A DNA stretch of 64,000 nt from contig JAYWIR010000002.1 of the NCBI GenBank assembly GCA_036172245.1, positions 1,240,001-1,304,000 of the forward strand, given 5' to 3'. Every line of letters starts with the position of its first letter. Within the stretch, counting starts at the first letter, position 1. This document shows, in pieces, positions 40,201 through 52,100 of the stretch. Both the position numbers and the translations under genes were made by a program. Below the pieces are notes generated by a model, which saw only the letters and a list, made by a program, of their open reading frames with translations, was not told the DNA's origin and ran no database searches. Source of the DNA: Raillietiella orientalis. Taxonomy: Eukaryota.

Positions 40201-41099
40201 CCTCGCAACATGAAAAAATATTCTATCAACAGCAAAAAAAAACAAAAACAAAAAAATTCCCTAGAATTGATTCAAAAGAATTGCTTAACGGCATCATACA
40301 TGCCTTAATGAGCAGAAGATAAAAGCCAAAAACATAACAGGGGAAAACAGAATCACCAATTCATTTCGAGTTGCTGATTAAAATATTTAACATGTATGTA
40401 ACATACATATTAAGTTAAACCAACTAGTTATATTTGATCACAATTAAAGTATGTTCTGGATCTGGAAAATGTTTGAAATGCTTACTGATCCAACATTTTA
40501 CTGAATTTATTCTGTATTACCCTCAAAGTAGAACAGTGCACAAGCACAGTTGTCTGCATAAAGAATTTCCTTACATGCACGCAAACAGTTTTAGGCAATT
40601 TTATTAGCCATTTACTGTTATTTTCAGATCTTCAAAAAAAATGTGAATAACTATGAAATATTCGATTCTTTACCAGTTATATGATTTCCAGAATGGATTC
40701 TTCAAGCCTGCTCAGCATCAAAAAAATACTTTTGCTATTAAGTACACTGGTCTGAGTTAATGAAATTTCTCTATGATTTAAACAAAAGTTTTTTCATGCA
40801 TCAAATATATAAATAATTCGACATGATCATAAATAATCCATATTCTGATGAACAATTAAACCCATAAAAGTCATATACGCACCTTTGTAGATGTAAATAA
40901 GGAAAAAAAAAAGTATGGAGACCACTATACATAAAATGTCTAATAAAACTTATTTTAATACGAAATGGCGCAAAAACAAGTAAAAACGAATTTACATCAG
41001 TGCTATCAATTCGATAACTCGCTCTAATAATCTACTATCACTGTGCTTCACTTTCTTGAAAATTCTGATAATCTATTTCGGATTCCAAATAAATCTTAC

Positions 41100-43900
41100 C
41101 TCAACACAACCGCACACTTTTCACATTCTTCCTTTAACACTGAACTACAGCAGAAAGTAGATTCAGGGTGACCTCACATTTCCTAATGGATACTGCAGCA
41201 TTCATCCTGACTATCCTCAAAAGTGATGTTTGGATCACGAAGTCATACTGTAGAACCGACACGTCAAAAACACAAAGATGTATTACTGTTTTGCTTTCAG
41301 AAAACGCGAAAAATATGACTTTCTGTGTATGAAGATAAACAATTTTTTTTTATCTTAGTACAAAAACATTCGAAAATTTCGCGTGGAACTCCAAAGGTTA
41401 ATTTTCTTCGTTAAATTCATGCCTAACTCCTTCATGAAGAAACATAAATAAGGATAAAATGAGTGCTTGCTTTATATGCTTAGTTTCAAAATAAAAAATC
41501 ACATGGCTTCAAAGTTTCTGCATTCAGAATTTATTTTTTTACTCATTTGGCTGATATTTCCAATTACAGCAGTCCTTGTACTTTTGACAGTTTGCGTTAT
41601 GGGTATATTTACGATAAATAATTCAAGATAATTCATTCCTTCACGCTTACTGTTGTTCGTTTTCTATATATTTTATCCATCTCTATCGTTTTCACTATCC
41701 CTAATGCTATGCCATTGATGGAAAACTTTAAACTTACACATTCGAGTAGTGGAAAAAATTCGGACAATTCAATTATTTTCAAAGGTGTCATGGAGTATTC
41801 TAAAATATCATTCTTTTTTTCTGCTTCTTTCTTAATTTTCTAAGATTATCTGGACGAATTTGGGTTTTTGGCACCCAAACTTCGTCTCTCTTTGGCTGCA
41901 AAAAAAGTTGATTTCCTTGTTCTTTGCTGTAGGTAGTCTTGTTATCAAGGATCATCCCTTCTTCTTTGACTCCAAATTTCAGAAGGAGAGCAAAATCATA
42001 GAAAATTCTTTACAAAGGATCAGCAAATTCAGCATGACACTTAAATTAAAATGTTTAATATAATTAACATAAATTCCTTCAAGATTAAGATTCGAAACTT
42101 GGAGATGGCATCTATTACATATATTTAGTATAGCAAATAGATCACTTCTCCATCCACCTACAGGGTACTTCAAAAGCAATTGAAGTATTAAAACATTGAA
42201 GAATTCAACAATTATTGGAAAAGTGTCGACTGAAAATTTACGGAATACAATATCTCCTTAACAAGAATAGCTGATAGCAGAAGCGAATGAGAGTTTCCCC
42301 TGTTATCACATGAGTAGTTTGAAAAAGGAATTTACAAAGTGCACTGATTTACTGCAGTGATTTTACTGCAGTGATTTTATTACAAAGCAGTGACTATAAC
42401 TATTCTAAGAATTTATTGCCACTTCGATGAGTAATCTTTGGGGCATCTTAAGATAATTATGCAGAGTGAGGCAAGCTTTCAGGTGTCAGTTTATGAAAGC
42501 AAAGACTTAGTTTGGAGCCACTTTCATTCCTCACTGGAAACCTGTGCTCCTTTCTAAAAACTGACACATTATCTTGGCATGCTTTCTTTACTGACAGTCA
42601 TCTCTGTGGACTGAAACAATTTCGTGACAAGCTTCTTCAGCGAAAACATTCTGGCATTTAAGAGTTTGATCATGACACGCGTTTAGTCAGAGGTTCAATC
42701 TCTAGAATCGAGGCTATTTTTAATTAAGGATTCTCGAATCCATAGATACTTTCAAATGTTCTTTCCTTGAAAGCATAAAACCGAATAAATTTGCACTCTG
42801 GAGTACTGCCACTTAGGTCTTCAAAATATTGTGATGATAATTATTACAATTGAATTAGTCCCTCTGAGTAACGCAATGGTAATCAACGTGGTAAATTTAG
42901 CTCTCAACAACACTGATACCAATATTTTCATTTAAAGAATTAAGCACATTTAGATAATTTTTGAATAATTTTGATTCACGTGTTTTTTGAATTTAGTTTC
43001 ACAATTTGACACAATCATTCAGAATTTGGTTCCCCTTTTCCTTAGATATCCATTAATCACAATTTGAGAATGAGTGGTCCCTAGCTTTAGTGAATTAAAC
43101 AGATTCAGCTCTACTCTTATCAAGATCACTGGGAATAGCGAAAGTTGAATAAAGTTACTGTAACATTCTTAGCCTATTGAATCGTAACATTTCACAAAAA
43201 TAGATCGATCTTGTCTCCAATTCCCTTCGCTTCTTCGCAAAATTATATATATATATATAAATTTCAATCACAGACTCTCGGAGGCATATTTTCAATCTAG
43301 ATGATTCAATGATTTCCCAATAAACTCTTTCCAGGACTCAAATCCAATTGGAATTAAAGTGGGAACTTTTAATTATAATGAGAGCTGTATCTAATAAATT
43401 TGGCATTTGAGACGAATAAACCTTACTGTTGTTTGATTGCTTTTGGCGTTCAAAACATTCCATTAAACTTTTGGTTTCTGTTACTGTCAGTGCTACCATG
43501 CGTGAACGAACATTTTCCCTCGTAGATGCTTCAGGTTGGAATGGGAGATTTACTGAATAGATCCCTATAGCACATGAATGTTTGGTCTTATTTCGTGCTT
43601 TCTTCTTTATGTTGAACCTGTCTTTCTACTCACGTTTGGCAAATTGCTCAGTTTCCCTATCTAAAAAGTCTGCTCCCTCCAGAGAGCTGTCGTCGATCCT
43701 TTTATCATCATCTTCAAATAGCATACGTACTCTCGTATATTGTCGCTTCTCGGCCTTGTGGATAAGATCAAAGTGTCCAGTGTATCAAGCCCAAGTCAAG
43801 TCCATCGTCTAGAAAAGGCACATTTCTGTATTTCCTCGAAACTTCAAGAGCATTTAACTTGCATTTAACATTCATCTTTAGGTTCACGAATGTTTTTTTC
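41100..43900 (-). mobile_element. Very old DIRS-like relic upstream of BDP1
   Basis: RT-like RVRMLFEDDD..RFNIKKKARNKTKHSCAIGI (43540-43740), YR-like LSVMLNLLILCKEFSMILL (~41990-42045) and VRMNAAVSIRKCEVTLNLLSAV (~41145-41211). Confidence 0.3.
42345..42395. repeat. Short tandem repeat (~14-15 nt unit, 2-3 copies)
   Basis: TGATTTACTGCAG-TGATTTTACTGCAG-TGATTTTATTACAAAGCAGTGA. Confidence 0.6.
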
Positions 43901-45299
43901 CACCCTGAAATTAGAATGTACACCTATAAGTCAATTATACCATGTTACGTGAAATTCAGTTATCGTTCATCCAGAAGCTCCTAAATGAAATGGCTAAGAG
44001 TATCTCAGGTGTCAGGTTCTCTAATAATATCCGACATTAAACATAAGCATATTTGTGTTGTGTGATGCTCCTCGGGAAAGACTCGAAAAAAACCTAACCT
44101 AAACCTATACCGAACCTATCGCTCTGAAAGTCAGCTGATCACGTTTCACTGAATTAATTTGCCCGCTACATAAATGTATCCCGACAGCAGTGAGGACTTT
44201 ACACTTGTATCTTTTAATCTGAATTCAATGAACTGCTATTCAAGTAGTAATGTTGGATGCCTATATGAAATCTCTGTGTATTCGCTATGCATTGGTCCAC
44301 TATGTTTGCATAAATGATCGTACGTAGAGTTCTGAAATTACTACTGAGACAATCTGCATGCATCTTCACACTTTATTTCTTGAAATCGCAAAAGCCATAA
44401 AAAAAATTTCTTTTGGACAATATGATTTCTGGAGACTTAATGGCTAAAATAAATTATAGGGTAAATTACAACAGAAACTTCAAATCGGTATAAATCTTTA
44501 ATTGAAAGATGGCGCAGGATTCATGTTTTGTGATGATCTCTGATACGAAAGAAAAAATGGAAGCCTGTAAATATATGCCTGAGCAGGAAAAGCATCTAAG
44601 AAATCTCAGAATAAATACAAAACTTTGATTTCTGTGGCCTCTTCTTGTTTCTGATGTTAAAGTCAGGGCAAATGTGGTATATGTACTTCACCTAGCATTG
44701 TATTATTTCTGACTGATGTAAACAAATCCATAAAACTTATAGGCTTAAAACACAGATTTCACGAATTTTTTTTACATAAATAACTTACTAGGATATATCC
44801 CATGGAATCTCCTAGTAAATCCAGGCGCTTAATTCTAATGGAAAATCTGCATCATAGGTTTCTGCTCGTCTTGGTTTACTTGAAATAGTTTCCTTTAATC
44901 TTTGGCATTTTTATTTATTTTATCCTTGTTTTCGCTGTTTCTCAAGATACTTTTGATTGCCGGAGGGAAACCGAGCTTTTTAAAAGAAAAAAAAATGATA
45001 AAGGCATTTATATAAAAGACTGTAATGACAAACCATTGCATGAAGAAAATTTGACTTCAGAGCTCCATTTCAGAAAATTGGACTTTAATTGCACATTAAC
45101 CACAAGACAAAAAAAATACATTTTCGTAATACTGAATTCTTCAAGTTTTAAGCAATACATAAGGTTCCGCACACAGGTTGACCTTTTAATGCTTGGGACT
45201 CCAATTACATACAAAATTCTCAAAATTTCAATTGATGCTGTACTGAAGAATCTATAGGATTTCATCTGGAAATTCGAAATTTTTTTTTCCCTCAGAGAA

Positions 45300-46925
45300 T
45301 TTATTAAGAAACCTCAAAATGAAGGAAATCAGCCCGTATTTGTGATTCTTAATTTAAAGATCATTTCTCTCTTTGCTCTAGACCTAATTATATTTGCTTG
45401 GCATGAGGTCGTTTTGTCAATCTCAGCACAATCATTACCTGTCAGTTGGGTTCAGATGCATATCCATGTTGAGTCAGCCTTTGCTCTTCTAGCGAGTTGA
45501 TGTTTGCATGGTATATCGGTTTGTACTTTTAGATGAGCAATCTTGACAATTTCTCATTTATCGTTATTACCTATCTGTACTTGCATTAGCACACATTGTT
45601 CTTCATATTTTTCCGGGAGAGAATTTTCTTTGTATGTAATTGATTGAAACTTCTTATTCAGATTTAGAAAAATACGTGATTACAGTACCTTGTACAATTT
45701 GAAGAGCATGCAGTGACCATCTTTCCAACATTCTGTCTGCACAAATTTGAGACGTGAGCTTAATGCAAGCCAGCTAGTGTTGTGCTGGAGTTAATTTCAC
45801 AGTGGTTTTTTCAATAACCTGATGAAAACTAGTAATCAAACTAATAACCTTAAACTAATAATACTAACATGCAAAAATTTTTCGTTGCATGTCAGGATGT
45901 CGAAAATAATAATACTTGTAATGTGCTGAAGGTGGATCAAAAAAGGAAAAAAAAAAGATCCCTGCATAATAAACAATTTCTGAGCAAGCTCTTTAAATCT
46001 GTTCACTCATACAAGTTCTTGGTCTGCAGAGACTAAATGCGTTTCATTCAGTTTTTTTTTTTTTCTCATAATGCCTATACATATGCAGTCTACATATAAC
46101 CTCCGTGTCCACACATCTTATTAAGGATTAAACAGTACTTTCACACAACTTGTCACCAGTCGTCAACTCTGAGCCAAAGAACTGGAAGGGAACACTTCTC
46201 GTGTCGAAATGCACTCATTTGGAAATTTGTGTCAGGTGGGCATCCGTGTAGCAAGGTGGTGTTTCCGGAATAACCAGGGAATTGTTTTGAGAACTCTTCA
46301 GTTATCGAAGTGTTTGCAAAAGTTCAGCACTTGAGGTTTCTGCAGGGGCACGTTTGATGGAAAGCTTGTGTTCGTGTAGTCACTGATGAGATTTTGGAAT
46401 CTATTACATGATATGACCGAGTTCCTTGAAAATCGGCTTGTTAGGCTTGTGGATCGTGAAAGCTGAATTGTAAGCAAGTCTTTCGTGGGATTCTTCGTTT
46501 CATCTTGCTTTCCTTGCTGGTGGCAAGATGCAGTTCAGCTCGTTTGCATCCAGAGATCGTGTGCTGCACTGAAAGTGAAAGTGGAGTGGACGTGAGGGGA
46601 CACAAAGTAATCTCCACTGAAGGGTTTCCAGGTTTCTGCAAATTCGATTTCAATGATGGGAACCAGGAATGAGCGCCGAGTTCACTTTTGGATGAGTTAG
46701 CGAATTCGACAGCGCAGACGGGGAGAGGTCAAAAAGCCCTTCAGCAGCCAAACATCGCAAGTTCAGAGTGCCAAATGGTGCGTGGGTGACTGGACGCTCG
46801 TGTAGCGCGTACACGAAAGCTACCGGAGGCCCCGTTACAAGCTTTATGTACATTTGGTGTGTTCGATGTTATTTTTCCATTTGATAGTTTGCCTAAGGAT
46901 AGGTTTGAAGTGCGCTGTGTAATAC
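45300..46925 (+). mobile_element. Very old DIRS-like relic upstream of TBC1D10, on the + strand
   Basis: HGISVC followed by a frameshifted LDE (RT YLDD-like, ~45505-45540); RFLQG (~46335-46350), LRFILLSLLVARCSS (~46490-46540), KALQQPNIAS (~46733-46762), RVHE (~46806-46817) in YR order. Confidence 0.3.
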
Positions 46926-46928
46926 TCA

Positions 46929-49113
46929 ATGATGCATGGCTCGAATCATAAAGATAAGAAAGATGGAGAAATTTCGAAGAAGGCAGATTCGAATTCCATC
47001 AACAGATATGGGTTTATCGGCATCAATGGGTCCCATTCAACAAGGTATGGAAACACTTTTGATCCCCAGAATCCGAAAATTAGGGTTGTTAATGCAGTTT
47101 ATCGAAATTGATATAGCTCTTGACACATAGGAGATGGTCGTAGTTTTTGGTTGAATTATTCAGGTTATTTTAATTAGTTTACTTTGGATTCAGGTATTTG
47201 AAAGTAAGATATGTGTTTCATTTATTGTGTGCCATATCTGCGTACTTGGGGAAGATATGACTTTTAAGATAAGACTGAAATACAGTGTTACATTTGAATT
47301 GCTGGAAATCCAAAGCTTCAAGTATGTTAACCATCGAGACGTATGTGTTTCAAGAAAACATGCACACGTTTTTTATTGTGTAATTACTAATCATCTCAGT
47401 AGTATACTATTATAGAATTTACCAAATTTTTGTCCACGACATGGTCCCGCAAGAGGAAGATGTAACTACTGTTTGCATTGCTTGGTTTCACGAGACCAGT
47501 TTGTTTACAAATTATGGTTTAACATTCAGCAATACGTATACAGTAGTCTTAATGCGGGAAATATATCTCCACGCTTCTTGGCAAGTTTCTCTGTACACAC
47601 TGTTTGCATTGGTGATTTCTTTTTGCACTTTTAATACGGATACAACTATGAATCAGTAAACAGAATATAGGTGTTGGTACTGAAAGAACGTGGCAATTAG
47701 TTAATCAACAATATTCTTGAACAATATGGTAATGTTACCTTTGCATCCCCTTCTGTGCATGGGAAACTTTTACAAGGAACTCACAAACTTAACTTAAATA
47801 GCAATGCAAATTAGAGTTTACAAAATGAATCCATAAGTAAAGGTAAACTGCTAAATGGTCAAGCAGTGAATTGTTCCTGTAAAAAAAATACAATGTTCCA
47901 GTTGCAGTATGCTCCTAAAATTTGCCATGTCAAAGCTATTTTGAGCATTCAAAACGTAATTATATTTTGTTTTCAGCATTCCACCAGAAATCAGTAGAAG
48001 AAGAGAAGCCAAATGGTTGCACATGTTAGAAAACTGGAATTATTATATGTCAGAGCATTATAATAAGGTAACATAAAAAAAAATCCAATCATGTTTCATT
48101 CTTGACTGAAGATAAAAAAACGTTGCCATAAAGGCATCCCTTCATCTGTGAGACCAAGGGCATGGCAGTTTTTGTGTGGGGCTCATTTTCTAAAAGATCA
48201 CAATCGCCGTGTATATAATAATTTGATGGAATTGCCGGGAGATCCACAATATTTAAATGAAATTACCAAAGACATCCATAGACAATTTCCACATCATGAA
48301 ATGTTTATGGATTACCATGGCCATGGGTAAAGGATTATGTTATATGTAATGAGAAAAATAGAAGATAGGCAGCAGGATTTATTCAATGTGCTCAAAGCTT
48401 ATTCACTTTTGAATCCTCGTGATGGTTACTGTCAAGGACAGGCTCCTGTGGCGGCTACCTTGTTAATGCAGATGCCTGCTGAGCAAGCCTTCTGGTGTTT
48501 GGTTGCTATTTGTGATAAGTATTTGCCAGGCTATTACAGCATGAATCTGGTAAGCACTAAAATTGTGTTGAAGTTCTAATTGCTGGTGTCAAGGAAGGAA
48601 TCCAACTTGATGGTAATGTGTTATTTGGATTACTCCGTCATGTTGATCGACTAGTATATGAACATTTGGTAAGGACTTATACACAGTAGACCTAGAATAC
48701 CTGTCTTATTATGCAGAAGAACCACAAAGTAGCACCAGTGTTGTATATGACTGAGTGGTTTATGTGCATATTTTCTCGCACTCTGCCTTGGGAATGTGTG
48801 CTTCGTATCTGGGACATGTTTTTGTGTGAAGGTACGAAATAACTAACATCCTTGACACATCAAGAATTTGCTTTCAGGAGCCAAAGTCCTGTTCCTAATA
48901 GGTTTAGCATTACTTCGGTTGGCCTTAGGAAAATCTGAAGTGCGCAAACAGTGTGTCACTATGCATGATACTTTGCTTGCACTGCGTAATGTGGGAACCT
49001 TAGTGAAGGGTGAAGAGCATCTGTTAATGCAACTGCATACAATTAATGTCAGCAATGCGGAAATGGAAAAAGAACACTGGAAACAGCTGCAAGTTTGCAA
49101 ATCCCACTCCTGA
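46929..49113 (+). CDS. TBC1D10A: TBC1 domain family member 10 (EPI64/whacked-like RabGAP), ~342 aa, 7 exons
   Basis: Exons 46929-47044, 47977-48067, 48112-48326, 48369-48549, 48594-48668, 48717-48831, 48878-49113 (1029 nt). Motifs [32 protein letters not shown], Arg finger [10 protein letters not shown], Gln finger [33 protein letters not shown]. The A/B/C paralogue label is not resolvable. Confidence 0.93.
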
Positions 49114-49164
49114 TTCCCATATTCATATTAGCAAGTCCACTATGGTTGAACATGAACTTCATTC

Positions 49165-52100
49165 TTAAGCTAACGGGGTTAACAGGTGTTTTTGGGAATG
49201 GAGTTCCAACATGAAATAAATAATGCTAGCCTGGGCCATGACATCAACAGTACTGTCAGCTAGCTGATCTACATCCTTTTTGTTCATCTTATTGCTCATG
49301 CGAAGTAGTGTAGGTCCAAACACAGTTGCAAGATTGTGCAGAGACATCTTGTTAATGTTTTCCATTTCATGCACTCTATAAAATATCAAATTACCACTCA
49401 AGGACTTCAACCAAGATCACCCAACAACACCTTACCTTAGTAAATGGTCCATAAGGTACACAATGCAGTTCAGATTGATGACTGGTAATCTGGAAAGCAA
49501 TGCTAGCAAGCGTGCTCCTCTGGTAGTGGGTTCTTGAGTGGTGTAAGTTTCCAAGAATTCTGGATATAAAGCATCAGTGCATAATGCCTCAGGCAGTTCT
49601 CTCAGGTACAAGCGTAGTAGTCCTGCCACAGAATGTATATCTACTTCTTTGCTTAGTTGTTCAGCTTCATAAATATCTGTAAACATAAAAAATTATATGG
49701 TTCTTGGTGGGTCATACACACTTGATTCAAAACTTTTCTTCATTTTGAGAATATCAGAGACTGAGCCTGAAACACGATAAATGCCGACTTCAGTAAGACC
49801 ACGACGCTCAACTTCCCGTACACAACACATCATTAGAAATGGAATAGTTCGTTTCTCTTTTCTAAGAAACATTGATGATTTGTAGTGCTCCTACTAACCG
49901 ACAAGTGCTCTGGATATCAATTCCAAATACGCCTCCTGGTTTCCCTGCTGGTGTTCGATGTAAAGTGCTTTCTCTGGGTTCGTAATGTAGACTTAACACC
50001 AACATCAAGTTCTGCAAGGATACTACTTGCTGCTCATTATCATGTTTCAAAAGCCACTCATGGCTGAGCTGATCTATCAATTTAGCCAAACAGTTTTTAA
50101 ATAGAGATCTACCTGTAGTGTGGCCCAGCCAAGTAGTACATTGCTTGCATGAGGGAGTTTCTCATAACATAGAATGCGTAAATTTTGGGATTCTTCCAAT
50201 TCCATGATGAACTGTTGGTTCCACACTGCTTCTGTATTTGCATAGCAAGAGACTGTTTTGGCTTTTAGGAAAAAATGTCCACGAACATCTGTTTCAAGAC
50301 ACACAAATACATCAGCAGGGGACACAAATCCTTGCATCCAATGCAAAGTCACTTTCAAATACCCATTAAGAAATTCTGATTTAGAATTCGTCTTTGAATG
50401 GAAATTGCAACTGAAACTGTTAACTAAACTTTGGACTTCCATCAATGTTAAATTAGGTGTCACTGGAGTGGGCATAGAGCTTTGGAGGGAATGAATGGCA
50501 TCTATCCATTGCAATCTCTCAAATTCTGATGACAAAAAAAAAGTATACACTTTGCACTGGTTATGGGTAACACGAAAGACCAAAGTAGGTGACATCAGTG
50601 TGAGCTGATCCTCTAATTCTGCCAGTTTGCGTCGCAGCTTATCTGTGTTGCGCCCTATCTTCTCCATGCGCATCACTTGGTCTCTCAGATTGCTGCATTG
50701 TGATTTTAGCTGAAGCAAATTAGGTGCACTACTCTCTTGTATGTTTCCACCTAGATAACCATCTTGAAAAGGAATAATAATGCTACTGAGGGGAATGAAC
50801 CATTTTGTTTCATAAGCTATCTTCTCAACAGATAAAGATGCCTACTGGTACAAAATCTAAAAGACAATTTTCCAATGCAATGTTCCTACCTTACACCTTG
50901 TGCATATCAAAACATCACTCAGAAGAAGTACATGCCTTAACTTCCGTTGGCCATACACTAATTCGACAACATCTGCATGTTTGATTAGAGTCCTTCGCAA
51001 GGTGGACTCCTAGACAACACATAATGCTCGAGTCATTTCTCCATAAACTCACCGATAGTTGACTCCCATGGATACAAAAATCATTTAAAAATCCTTTGAC
51101 CATTGCATTGGCCTCTTGTAAATGTTTGTAGTCCTCATGATGATCTGGAAGATAACGAAGCAAATCCTAGATGCATACAAATATTTTCTCTTTAGAATTT
51201 ATCCATTTTTCCACTTACAGGAATTACAGCAACAAAATTTTGCAACCGCAACAATGGTTCCCTAATTAAATCTTCCAATTTGGGATTAGCTATTTTGTTA
51301 GAATACAAAGGGATTGACCCATCAATCTGACGAAATTGTTCATTCGTAGCACTACAGCGTTGCAAGCATTCGATGGCTTTGGGGAAATTGTTCTGAAAAT
51401 CTTGATACACTTTCAACTTTCCAATCTGAAAACTTAATGACGAAAATGGTATATGAGCTCTCAAATTACTAAATCCTTGAAGATTTTTCCTATTCTCCTA
51501 TCAACATTATTGTTATTGCATTGCTCTTGAAGCTGAGTTGCGAACTGAGAATGGATTCTATGCAAGTCAGTTATACCAAAAAAAACACATATGAAGTCAT
51601 CACGCGACATAAGAGGCTGCACCAGATCTAAAGTGGCTTTAAGGGCCTTCATGTACTAGATAACAAATGAGATTTCGTGGAACTTTTTTGAATTTCTAAC
51701 CTGCATCAGAACATTCAAATAACGCAGATATTCAGCCTCATTTTTCAGAATTTTCAAAATTATGATGTTATAAATTGTTTGCTGATCACTCAGGGAAGAG
51801 TCTTCATCTTTCTACGATTATAATCCAACATTTACTGGACAATGCGAAAGATATGTTTGTTACCGCAGATTGACCAATGTCATCCGTGATCTGCTTCTTT
51901 TCCATATCCACATGCTCTTCAGATAAAGGGAAAATGTTATCCAAAAGCACACCTAAAAGATGACATTACAACTTCTAGATACGTGATCTATACCTCTTCA
52001 AGACGCTTGCACACCGCACTGTGTTATATAATTAAAAACATTGGGGCATTTCCGATTTTGTTTTCTACTCAGAACCGCGGATGTGCAAGTGCTTCATTCA

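Noticed and set aside
44088-44120. CCTAACCT-like repeats as telomeric or Helitron-associated signature
   Set aside because: Only 3-4 degenerate units, with no supporting termini.
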